Shown piece by piece: positions 46,137-55,339 of a DNA stretch of 64,000 nt. This DNA comes from Clostridia bacterium. Its GTDB lineage: Bacteria; Bacillota; Clostridia; TANB77; CAG-508. The stretch lies in the NCBI GenBank assembly GCA_017934475.1, contig JAGBJN010000006.1, positions 64,437 to 128,436 of the forward strand, read 5' to 3'. A program made the position numbers and the translations under genes. Positions within the stretch are counted from its first letter, which is position 1, and each line of letters starts with the position of its first letter. The notes under the pieces were generated by a model that did no database searches, had not been told where the DNA came from, and worked only from the letters and a program-made list of their open reading frames with translations.

Positions 46137-46883
46137 CTATATTTTCTTTGCTACTACTACCATTCTTCCATTATTTAACGAATATTCACAAGTAGAAAGA
46201 GTTATAAGTCTATCTCCATAACTTGCTGATTCTTCAGTATTGTAAAAAGATAATTTTTGGCATTGTTCGACAAAAGAATTATAATCCGCTTCTGAAGTAG
46301 CATTATAAAAGTTATAGTATTTGAATCCACCTTTGTTTACTGTTGTTTTAAAACAAAATACAACTTTATATTCTTCTTCTATTGTTTCAGTACCTTGTAA
46401 TTTATATAATTTAATTATTTTGTGATTCAAATAATAATTATAATTTTTATATTTATCTAAATCAGCGAACATCATACCACTTTTAATATGATGACCATAT
46501 ATAATTAAATTATCGCTTGTGTTTATATTACAATATTCAGCTAAAAAAGGTGTTCCATAACTAGAATATTCTTTATAAATATTTCGTCTTAAATAGTATT
46601 CTCCATTTTGCATTATAGGATAATCTATATTTGAGTCTTTTAACTTAATCCACCCTACTACATCATTATTCATTAAATATAAATTATATAAGTCTATTTT
46701 ATCTTCAGCCTCTTCTTGATTTTCTTCTGAAGTATCTATAACTATTTCTTTTATGTCTTCAAAATCATCTTCTTGTTTTTTCTCTTGTAATAAATTACTT
46801 AATATATAATAACTGCTAGCGACTATAATAGCCACTAGCAGAATAAAAAAGAATACTTTCATATACTTATTGACTTTCATCAA
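46137..46883 (-). CDS. srtB: class B sortase
   Basis: N-terminal TM helix, NNDVVGWIKL..IDYPIMQ, YGHH and the catalytic TLSTCEY. Confidence 0.85.
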   Translation of the reverse strand: MMKVNKYMKVFFFILLVAIIVASSYYILSNLLQEKKQEDDFEDIKEIVIDTSEENQEEAEDKIDLYNLYLMNNDVVGWIKLKDSNIDYPIMQNGEYYLRRNIYKEYSSYGTPFLAEYCNINTSDNLIIYGHHIKSGMMFADLDKYKNYNYYLNHKIIKLYKLQGTETIEEEYKVVFCFKTTVNKGGFKYYNFYNATSEADYNSFVEQCQKLSFYNTEESASYGDRLITLSTCEYSLNNGRMVVVAKKI

Positions 46884-49224
46884 ATTCCTCTCCAGGTTTT
46901 GTGGTCATCAATTTATATAATTCAGTATTCTTTGGAAATCTATTTACAAAAGGAACTAAACTACTTCCAACTTTTATAAGTCCTTCTCCTGCTCCTACAT
47001 TTGTTATATAGCTCATTTGTAAATCAGAAATATTAAGTAATTTTGCTAGTTCAATTCTATCCGTACTAGCTTGATTTAACATTACAATAAATTCACTATT
47101 TGCTAGCATGGTTCTAGCTGTATGACTCTGTAATAAATCCTCGACATTTTGAGTTATACCAGTACAATATGCTCCGTATTTTCTAACACGCTTCCATAGA
47201 GTAAATAAAAAATTAGCTGAATATTCATATTGGAATAGTAAGTATATTTCATCTATGAATATATAAGTATTTCTTCCTTTAGCTCTGTTAGAAGTTATTC
47301 TATTTAATATTGAATCTAGTACAACTAACATTCCTATTGGCTGTAATTGTTTTCCTAGATCTAAAATATCATAACATATTAAGCTATTTGAAGTATCAAC
47401 ATTAGTATTCATTGCAAAAGTATTTAAACTTCCGTTAGTGAATAATTCTATTGCAAGAGCTATTTCTTTAGCTTCTGGTTCATCTTGCTTTAATAACTCT
47501 TCTCTAAAGTCTTGTAATGTTGGTGGTATTCCCTGATAGTTTCCTTGTTGATATATTCTATATACATTAGCAGTACAACGATCTATTATAGATTTTTGTT
47601 TTGCTCCTAAATTTGAACTACCGATTAACTGTTCGCATAACGACAAAATGAATTCCGATTTTAGGATTACTGGATTTGCTCCATCTCCATATTCAGAATT
47701 CATATCCATTGCGTTTATATGATTTTTAGAAGTTGCTGAAATTTTAATTACTTCTCCTCCAAATGATTTTACAAGTTTTGAATACTCTCTTTCTGGATCT
47801 ATAATTATAATATCAGCTTTAGGATCTTTTAATTTGATTCCTGCAATTTCTTCTTTACCTGTAAATGATTTACCACTTCCAGATACTCCTAAAATAAACG
47901 AGTTTCCATTTAGAAGTTGTTTTCTGTCTGCAATAATCATGTTCTTGCTTATTACATTTTGACCATAGAATATTCCATTCTCGTGCCTTATTTCTTGAAC
48001 TTTAAAAGGCATAAATACTGCAAGACTTTCAGTAGTAAGAGTTCTTAAAGCATCTATCTTTCTTACTCCTAAAGGAAGAACTGTATTAAGTCCATCTAAT
48101 TGTTGAAATCTTAATATACCTAACTGGCATAAATGTTTCCTTGCTGTTTGCATTACTGTTTCTGTATCGTTATCTAGCTCTTTTTTAGAATTTGCTGTAA
48201 TAACCATAGTTAATACTGATAGAAACATTCTTTGATCTCTAGTAGTTAAATCGTCCAAAAACTCTTTACTTTCGTTTCTTTGCTGTTCCATATCATAAGG
48301 AATAATAGCACTAAAATTGTTGTTCGCATTTTGTTTTCTCTGCCAATTAGTTATATTAGTTTCTATTCCTAATCTTCTATTTTCCGCTTCCTTTACTGCT
48401 TCATCCATAGGAATAGGAATTATATCTATTGAAAGCATCATATTTCTATTTAATTCAGTTAGTTCTGTTACAATACTATCTTTTATAAAACTAGGATATT
48501 CTTTTAAAAATAATACTCTTGCGTATCTATCTCCCATTTTAAAATGGTCATTCTCAAGTTCTACTGTATCAGGACAAATAAAATCTTTGAAATTATGTCC
48601 TTTTCTCATAGTTTTACTTAATTCAAAATTAAAAGATGTTTCTTCTCCTGTTCTATAAAAGTCATGTAATATTCTTAATCTTTCTGTTGTATCTAGCTCT
48701 ATACATCTAGATCCTAAATTATTAAAATGATTTATTAAGTCTGCTCCTGCTCTTGAGAAATAATTACGAGCTTCTTCTATACTTCTTTTATATACTGATA
48801 TAGTAATAATTTTTTCTTGAATAATTTCATTTGCATTTTTTGCTTGTGCTACTAGCATTTGATTATATTCTTTTCTGTATTTATCTAAATCATCATTTGC
48901 CATATCAAGTAATATAGTTTTTTCAAAATCAACTTTATTGATTCTTCTGTTGTTAATTGTTATTTTAGCAGTTGCTCCAGAGTCTAAACTATTTAATAAT
49001 TCAGAATAATCTAAAAACATTGATTCTTTATCCTCTCTACTTGCTACTGCGTAATTTATATCTATAAATTTATAAGACTTTGAATATTTGTTATTACCTA
49101 CTAGGAATATTCCATCTTCCCATAATGCTTTTATAGGAATAATATCTTGAGAACTTCTAGGAACAACAAATTTCTCTTTGTCTAGTTTAAATATTTTATT
49201 AAGTGTTTTCATCTGATTTATCAC
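46867..49224 (-). CDS. VirB4-like conjugative T4SS ATPase
   Basis: Walker A GVSGSGKS and IIIDPEREY; 785 aa. The exact start is uncertain (MINQM vs MKTLNK). Confidence 0.9.
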   Translation of the reverse strand: MINQMKTLNKIFKLDKEKFVVPRSSQDIIPIKALWEDGIFLVGNNKYSKSYKFIDINYAVASREDKESMFLDYSELLNSLDSGATAKITINNRRINKVDFEKTILLDMANDDLDKYRKEYNQMLVAQAKNANEIIQEKIITISVYKRSIEEARNYFSRAGADLINHFNNLGSRCIELDTTERLRILHDFYRTGEETSFNFELSKTMRKGHNFKDFICPDTVELENDHFKMGDRYARVLFLKEYPSFIKDSIVTELTELNRNMMLSIDIIPIPMDEAVKEAENRRLGIETNITNWQRKQNANNNFSAIIPYDMEQQRNESKEFLDDLTTRDQRMFLSVLTMVITANSKKELDNDTETVMQTARKHLCQLGILRFQQLDGLNTVLPLGVRKIDALRTLTTESLAVFMPFKVQEIRHENGIFYGQNVISKNMIIADRKQLLNGNSFILGVSGSGKSFTGKEEIAGIKLKDPKADIIIIDPEREYSKLVKSFGGEVIKISATSKNHINAMDMNSEYGDGANPVILKSEFILSLCEQLIGSSNLGAKQKSIIDRCTANVYRIYQQGNYQGIPPTLQDFREELLKQDEPEAKEIALAIELFTNGSLNTFAMNTNVDTSNSLICYDILDLGKQLQPIGMLVVLDSILNRITSNRAKGRNTYIFIDEIYLLFQYEYSANFLFTLWKRVRKYGAYCTGITQNVEDLLQSHTARTMLANSEFIVMLNQASTDRIELAKLLNISDLQMSYITNVGAGEGLIKVGSSLVPFVNRFPKNTELYKLMTTKPGEEFDESQ

Positions 49225-49642
49225 TCCTTTTTTTCTTGTTTTTATCTTTTTTTGGCTTTAAGTTTTTACGCTCTTTTTTCTTGTTTTGAGGTTTTATTAG
49301 TCCTTGCTTTAAATCAATAATTGGCTTGAACATTTCATAGTAAATGTTTTGAGCTTTAAAAGTTAATCTTTTAGGAATAATAAAATTGCTCTTAACCCAT
49401 GCAGCTACAAATTTTTCAGCAGTCATTCCGTTATATTTAACAAATCCCAATACTGCGAATGGAGCTGCACCTAATATACAAACCCATGAGAGAGTTTCTA
49501 AACCGAAAAAAGGCTTAAGTAAAAAGTATAGAATTACTGCAACTACACAAGCCGATACAGAAAAAATGAACTGTCGCATTGACAGTCCAAAAAATATATT
49601 TTCTGTAAAATCCCTTATGTCTTTATTTATTTTTACTTCCAT
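49199..49642 (-). CDS. PrgI/TcpE-like T4SS membrane protein
   Basis: FFGLSMRQF followed by two TM helices and a basic tail, positioned directly upstream of VirB4. Confidence 0.7.
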   Translation of the reverse strand: MEVKINKDIRDFTENIFFGLSMRQFIFSVSACVVAVILYFLLKPFFGLETLSWVCILGAAPFAVLGFVKYNGMTAEKFVAAWVKSNFIIPKRLTFKAQNIYYEMFKPIIDLKQGLIKPQNKKKERKNLKPKKDKNKKKRSDKSDENT

Positions 49643-50548
49643 CTACCTTGCCTCCTTATCTAAAGGCTTATAGTATTTCATAACATCTGAAAGATTTTCT
49701 AAATGCGTTTCCTCTTCAATCTTATCTTTAGTTATGTTATTTTCTTTACAGTATTTTAAATATTGCTGCATACCTTTTTTGTTTTGTATTTCGTCTGGTG
49801 TTACATCTTCTATATAACTCCAAATACCATGATGTGCTTTCATACTTACATAAGCTAAATTGTTTTCTTCTAATTTGCCGAATATATCTTCATCTGCATT
49901 AAATTGCCATTCTGCTGAAGGTGTAATCTCTTTAGTAAAAGGATTAACTAAAACTACTTCATCATAATCAGTTGCTACTGCATAAGAATCAGTAATTTCA
50001 GCTTTATTTTCAAATATACAATCAACTTCCTTTATTCTATGTTCATGATGATCCTTCAATATTTCTTTTGTTATTTCCAATACAGCTTTTGTATCGAACT
50101 CAATACCTTTTGTTAAGCCTCTTGAAATTGCCCATTTTAGACAATAAGAATGTATTTCTTCTTTTGATAATTGTTCTTCTTTAGGTTGTTTTTCATTTAA
50201 GTAATTTAGATTATCCTCTAAATCAGCAACAGACTCAATTTCCTCATCTTTATAATGCTGAAATTCTCTTCCTACAATTTTCCATTTATTGATTATATAG
50301 ACTCCATTGTCATAGTTATCTCTGTCTAATTGATTGTATCTGTCTATTCCTATTGAAGTTGATCCTCCAAAGAAATTGCCTATTACTTGACACATTCTAG
50401 CCCATCCATAACAATCTGTTTCTGGTGGTCTATAATTCTTCATGTCGCAATAAGCTAAAAATGTTTCTATACTTTCTCTTCCTCCATTCCAATGAACATA
50501 GATTCCTATTTGTTTCTCTTCAGTTGTAATAACTGCTCTATTTCCCAT
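49643..50548 (-). CDS. 301-aa ICE protein, unknown function
   Basis: Long ORF with an AAAGGAG RBS. No motif recognised. Confidence 0.5.
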   Translation of the reverse strand: MGNRAVITTEEKQIGIYVHWNGGRESIETFLAYCDMKNYRPPETDCYGWARMCQVIGNFFGGSTSIGIDRYNQLDRDNYDNGVYIINKWKIVGREFQHYKDEEIESVADLEDNLNYLNEKQPKEEQLSKEEIHSYCLKWAISRGLTKGIEFDTKAVLEITKEILKDHHEHRIKEVDCIFENKAEITDSYAVATDYDEVVLVNPFTKEITPSAEWQFNADEDIFGKLEENNLAYVSMKAHHGIWSYIEDVTPDEIQNKKGMQQYLKYCKENNITKDKIEEETHLENLSDVMKYYKPLDKEAR

Positions 50549-50565
50549 AAATTGCTCCTTTCTTG

Positions 50566-50847
50566 CTATCTAGCATCTCTATTTTTCTTTAAATTTTTAA
50601 TTTTATCTTTTAAATCAAATTGCGGATATGATATATATTCTCTTGTATAATAATTTTTGAAATAATCCTTATTCTTTTCAGAATACATATACATCCAATC
50701 ATCTGGATTTTTCATTCCTCGTTTTATAGCATTTTCAAATGCATCATCTGTATTTTCTCTCATCTTAATGCCTTCAAATATACTTCCTTTAGGGTGTACC
50801 AAATATTTAATTCCGTTTTCTTCTGTATGTATAAAATCAGAACTCAT
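50566..50847 (-). CDS. 93-aa ICE protein with a basic ...KKNRDAR C-terminal tail
   Basis: ORF whose tail is shared with the RadC-like protein at 58954-59895. Confidence 0.5.
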   Translation of the reverse strand: MSSDFIHTEENGIKYLVHPKGSIFEGIKMRENTDDAFENAIKRGMKNPDDWMYMYSEKNKDYFKNYYTREYISYPQFDLKDKIKNLKKNRDAR

Positions 50848-50861
50848 ATACTACTCCTTTC

Positions 50862-51692
50862 TTATATTCCCATCATTTCTTTAACAACTCGATCTGACAT
50901 TCTAATAGTTCCTACCAGAACTAACATATTGAAAATAATTTCTCCTATGTATTTCCAAACCATAGTTGTTGCAGAATCTCCTGAATTTACAGCAGGCTGA
51001 CTCGTTGCAAAGAGTGAGAATATAACACAAGCTAATACTATAATTGCTCCTTCTAAACAAACTCCCATATAACTTTTTAAAAAGCTTCTTCCAATTTGTT
51101 CAGTAGGTTGTCCTGCAAAGCTTGAAAGTGGTATAGGAGCTATTGCAGTATATAAATATAATTTAAAAAACCTTCCATAAACAGTTAAAATCATTATGAA
51201 TGACAATACTGTTATGAAAAGTCCTCCTATAATTGTTACAGCTCCAAGTGGAATTTTGTCGAAAAATCCTACTTTTCCTATTGCATCAATTATTTCTTGT
51301 GGTAGAGTCATCGTACTTGCTCCGCCTATACCTGCGGAACTCATAATAGTAGAAACAACTCCTTGTACTATTTTAAATATTGCAAGCATTAGTTCCATTC
51401 CATAAGTTACTATGCCTTTAGCAATAACAAATCTTATAAATAGTTTTAATGCTTGCTCTGGTCTTTTTATTTCTGCAAAATTTCCCATAGTTCTCATTAC
51501 TCCTACTACAAAGAAGAGAACTAACAAAGCAAGTCCTATGGCTTGCATAGCTCCATTTATTCCTACAATAGCGTTCCATATTCCGCCACCTTTAAATTGT
51601 TGAGGAGATTGTGAAACTAAACTCCATATTTCTTGCATTTTACTGTTCCATGTATCAAGTGAATTTTGCAAATTTCCTTGAATCCAATCCAA
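50862..51692 (-). CDS. VirB6/TrbL-like polytopic T4SS membrane protein
   Basis: 276 aa with about 6 TM helices, in the position typical of Firmicute ICEs. Confidence 0.65.
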   Translation of the reverse strand: MDWIQGNLQNSLDTWNSKMQEIWSLVSQSPQQFKGGGIWNAIVGINGAMQAIGLALLVLFFVVGVMRTMGNFAEIKRPEQALKLFIRFVIAKGIVTYGMELMLAIFKIVQGVVSTIMSSAGIGGASTMTLPQEIIDAIGKVGFFDKIPLGAVTIIGGLFITVLSFIMILTVYGRFFKLYLYTAIAPIPLSSFAGQPTEQIGRSFLKSYMGVCLEGAIIVLACVIFSLFATSQPAVNSGDSATTMVWKYIGEIIFNMLVLVGTIRMSDRVVKEMMGI

Positions 51693-51694
51693 GC

Positions 51695-52264
51695 TTAAGC
51701 ACCTCCATTCTTATATGCTTCCATATCAATGTCGCTATTTATTTCATTACCCCAAGCTTTCCATCCATCAAATTTTTGTCTTGCAAATAATTCAATTCGT
51801 GGAATATCTCCAAAAAGCTCAACAATCTTATCTCTAATTTCGTCTGGCTTTCTGCTGTGTTCTCTTCGCTCTGAAATAATAACGCTTGAAACTTTATTAC
51901 TAACTGGCTTCATTTGTCCTTTTATTCCTAATAAGCAAACTTCACAATTAGATTTAGTGTAATAACCTACACCGAAACAAGGCTTCTTATCATTCTTATT
52001 TGTTTTTATCCAACTAAATCCTAAAGTCTTATAAGTAAAGCCCCATTCTTTAAACATTTTTATTTGTTCATCTAATAAAGGAAATGTAACCCATAGAAAT
52101 AAAGCACAATTTTCAGCAGCCAGTTCTTTTATAGGAAGATTCTTTATTTCTTCCATAGTCATTAAGTTATAATGTGCAGCTGCACCGCCTCCGAATTTAC
52201 TATGAACATTTCTGCTTCTATATTTCCAAGGCGGATCAGCATAAATAATATTGAATTTTTCCAT
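51695..52264 (-). CDS. MT-A70 family N6-adenine DNA methyltransferase (orphan)
   Basis: IYADPPWKY (DPPW catalytic motif) and EHSRKPDE; 189 aa. Confidence 0.85.
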   Translation of the reverse strand: MEKFNIIYADPPWKYRSRNVHSKFGGGAAAHYNLMTMEEIKNLPIKELAAENCALFLWVTFPLLDEQIKMFKEWGFTYKTLGFSWIKTNKNDKKPCFGVGYYTKSNCEVCLLGIKGQMKPVSNKVSSVIISERREHSRKPDEIRDKIVELFGDIPRIELFARQKFDGWKAWGNEINSDIDMEAYKNGGA

Positions 52265-52301
52265 AATACTTTAAAGGCGAGTTTATATACTCGCCCTTCT
52301 T

Positions 52302-52643
52302 CTACCCTCCTGTTATTAGTGATAATATTTCTTTTGCAAATGTAATAACGATTCCTCCTGCAAGTGTCATTATTCCATTAGCTCTTTGTGTTGGATCGTG
52401 AGATTTTAAGCTCATACCTACTTGAACTATTCCAAATCCTAGAATAATCATTCCAACAGCTCTAATTAAACCGAATACAAAATTCGACAAATTATTTACA
52501 ACCGCAATAGGATCATCAGCTGCAAATACATTACTTGCTTGTAAAACAAATAGCAATACCACATAAAATACTATAAATGCTATTTTCCAACCTAGATTTT
52601 TTACTTTAAATTTATTTTTTATATTTTCTTTCTTCATCTTCAA
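52302..52643 (-). CDS. Maff2-family small membrane protein (VirB2/pilin-like position)
   Basis: Signal/TM region, then two hydrophobic helices and a ...LITGG C-terminus. Confidence 0.6.
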   Translation of the reverse strand: MKMKKENIKNKFKVKNLGWKIAFIVFYVVLLFVLQASNVFAADDPIAVVNNLSNFVFGLIRAVGMIILGFGIVQVGMSLKSHDPTQRANGIMTLAGGIVITFAKEILSLITGG

Positions 52644-54444
52644 TAATCTCCTTTACAAATTTTTCTAATTCTTCTTCAGATACAAGTTCGTAATCTGACT
52701 TTATCTCATGTACTTGTTTTGATTTATTAACATTTTCAATATCACTATAATTAAATGTAACGCTAGCAATAGCGTTTTCAGTTATTCCATGCTCATAAGG
52801 TTTTGCTTTTCCATTTGCTGTTAGTACAATATTAGGGTGTTTTAGCATGTTGTATTTAAAATCCTTTACTGGTCTTTCTCCACGAATAAAAAGTAAGGCA
52901 TACTTGTTATCAAGCATCCTTACTTCATCTGGAGTCATAAGTTCTCTTCCTGTATTTTGAATATTAGTCGTATAATTTCCATGATTACCATAGCTTCTGC
53001 TATAAGTATCCATATCTATTGTTTCTTTACCGAGCAATTCACTACAATACTTATGTGTAGATTGTTCGTTTCCTCCTAAATACAAAAATGTGTCGCAGTT
53101 ACCTACTATTGATTCCCATTGTTTTTCAAATAAGGCTTTAAGTTGCGCTAAATTTTGTAGAATAATTGAAACAGAAACATTTCTAGATCTCATAACTGAT
53201 AATATTTTGTCGAAATCATCAGGAAGAGAAACATTTGCGAATTCATCCATTACAAAGTGAACATGAATAGGAAGACTACCGCCATACTTATAATCTGCGG
53301 TATAAAATAATTGTTGAAATAATTGAGTATATAAAATGCTAACTAAAAAATTAAACGAAGTATCGTTGTCTGGAATTATTGCAAATAGAGCAGTTTTCTT
53401 TTCTCCCAAAGTAGAAAGTTCCATCTCATCTGTACAAGTAATTCCTGCAAGACTCTCTAAATTAAACTTCTCTAAACGAGATTGTAGAGTTACTTGTATT
53501 GACTTTAATGTTTTAGCAGATCCACTATGATAGCTTCTATAATATTTTAAAGCTATATGATTTGGCTCTTCATCTTCTAACCTATTAAATAAGGTGTCTA
53601 AAGGGCTTTCTTCAGTATCATCTTCTCCGCTTACTTCTCCTTCTCGTAGCATTTCCATAACCATACTAAAGTTTTGTTCTTCTGGAGGAGCTTTATATAC
53701 TAAATAAAAAATAAGAGCTAATAATAACATACTAGCTGCTGTATCCCAGAATGGATCGTTTGTTTGTGAACCTTTTGGAGTAGTTGACTTGAATAAATTT
53801 GTTACTAATCTTTGAACATCGTTATCACTCTTTAAATAAACAAAAGGATTATAACAATGAGATTTCTCCATATTTATTAAGTCTAAAACTTTAACATCAT
53901 AGCCTTTAAGTTTTAATAAATAACCTGTATCACGCAATATCTCGCCTTTTGGGTCTAATATTACATAAGACGAATTTGCTTGCATTACATTTGGCTTACA
54001 ATATGAAAAAGTTTTACCTGCTCCAGATCCACCAACAACTAGAACATTGACATTTCTTTTATGTTTACGACCATTAAGACCTAATTCGACATTTTCTGTC
54101 AAAGTCTTATTCATGTTTTCTGGAAATTGTTTATATTTTTTATTAAGCATATTTGCAGTTCCCCATCTTGCTGATCCATGTTCTTCTTTTCTTCTATAAT
54201 TTTTTTTGGAAGATTCGTAAAATAAGATTACAAAAATATAAATGAGTAAAAAAATTAGAATAGTTTTTATACTATTCTCTGACCATAAAATATTAAAAGG
54301 ATTGTTAAATACATTCCCAAAGTTATTAAAAATACTAACTAATCCACCTTCAGTAATAGGCGCAATTAGTAAAGCTAACCATACAACTGGGATAACTCCA
54401 ATAAAGTATAATAAATAATTATACTTTTTATCTTGTGTGTTCAA
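52612..54444 (-). CDS. VirD4/TraG-type coupling protein
   Basis: Two N-terminal TM helices and Walker A VVGGSGAGKT; 610 aa. TTG start. Confidence 0.9.
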   Translation of the reverse strand: MNTQDKKYNYLLYFIGVIPVVWLALLIAPITEGGLVSIFNNFGNVFNNPFNILWSENSIKTILIFLLIYIFVILFYESSKKNYRRKEEHGSARWGTANMLNKKYKQFPENMNKTLTENVELGLNGRKHKRNVNVLVVGGSGAGKTFSYCKPNVMQANSSYVILDPKGEILRDTGYLLKLKGYDVKVLDLINMEKSHCYNPFVYLKSDNDVQRLVTNLFKSTTPKGSQTNDPFWDTAASMLLLALIFYLVYKAPPEEQNFSMVMEMLREGEVSGEDDTEESPLDTLFNRLEDEEPNHIALKYYRSYHSGSAKTLKSIQVTLQSRLEKFNLESLAGITCTDEMELSTLGEKKTALFAIIPDNDTSFNFLVSILYTQLFQQLFYTADYKYGGSLPIHVHFVMDEFANVSLPDDFDKILSVMRSRNVSVSIILQNLAQLKALFEKQWESIVGNCDTFLYLGGNEQSTHKYCSELLGKETIDMDTYSRSYGNHGNYTTNIQNTGRELMTPDEVRMLDNKYALLFIRGERPVKDFKYNMLKHPNIVLTANGKAKPYEHGITENAIASVTFNYSDIENVNKSKQVHEIKSDYELVSEEELEKFVKEIIEDEERKYKK

Positions 54445-54604
54445 CGCTACTCTTTTGCATTTTGCCCTTATCGATTATATATAGTAATAATTCGTTAATA
54501 TCTGTTGTATCAATATTTTTTTCTATACATTTTGTTCTTAAGTCGTTAAGGGCATTTATAATCAAGTGATATTGATCTTCTGTTACAATTAAAACTCTTT
54601 TCAT
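54428..54604 (-). CDS. 58-aa small protein upstream of VirD4 (below ORF-track cutoff)
   Basis: Own translation: MKRVLIVTEDQYHLIINALNDLRTKCIEKNIDTTDINELLLYIIDKGKMQKSSVEHTR. GGAGG RBS upstream. Confidence 0.45.
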   Translation of the reverse strand: MKRVLIVTEDQYHLIINALNDLRTKCIEKNIDTTDINELLLYIIDKGKMQKSSVEHTR

Positions 54605-54613
54605 CGCTACCTC

Positions 54614-55339
54614 CTACTTTACTTTATCTTTTTTTGATTTATTTTTAGTTTTAGTAACTGTTTTATCTTTAGATTTCAAGTCTTTCTTTTCTTCTTTTAT
54701 CTCATGAAGTGTTTCTCTAACAGATTTACGATTTTCGCTTCTGTTTACTTCCTTTGATATTTTTGAGTAAGGCTCTGACGGACGACTTGTTTCCGTTTTC
54801 GCCATACTGAAATTTGAGGTATCAATCTCCTCTTTTTGAAGAGGCTTTTTAAAGCTTATATCTTGCTCAAGTTCTTCTTTTGATTTTGTTTGAATTCCTA
54901 TATTGTTTTCTTCTTTTTCTGCTATTTCTTTTTGAATTTCAGTTTCAATTTCAGCAGGATTTGAAGTTGTTAGTTTAAATCTTTCAACTATACGATCTAT
55001 TTTACTAGCATCTTCTTGTCTAACTAAAATATCAACTACATTGTCATATTTTTTATTCTTTCTATCTACTAATGCACAATATAGAACTCCATAGCTTTTT
55101 GCAGCTCTTGTAAATTTAATTAAATCTTTTTGTTGTAATGTAAATATTTTTAAAGGTTTACCAGATTTAAGCATAGAATTTAATCTTGCTTTTCCTTTAG
55201 TTTGTTTATGATTCTTCATTTCATTAAGAAGAATACCTAAAGCATGTTCTGCGCCTTTACCTGTAATTGTAGCTGCGCATTTAATAGCTTCAAAATAATA
55301 TTGAACCATTTCATTTGCAGCATCTCCTCCAGTATTCAT
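54614..55339 (-). CDS. PcfB/DUF3801-like relaxosome accessory protein
   Basis: KGKARLNSMLKSGKPLKIF..DLIKFTRAAKSYGVLY pattern, with a Lys-rich tail. Confidence 0.6.
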   Translation of the reverse strand: MNTGGDAANEMVQYYFEAIKCAATITGKGAEHALGILLNEMKNHKQTKGKARLNSMLKSGKPLKIFTLQQKDLIKFTRAAKSYGVLYCALVDRKNKKYDNVVDILVRQEDASKIDRIVERFKLTTSNPAEIETEIQKEIAEKEENNIGIQTKSKEELEQDISFKKPLQKEEIDTSNFSMAKTETSRPSEPYSKISKEVNRSENRKSVRETLHEIKEEKKDLKSKDKTVTKTKNKSKKDKVK

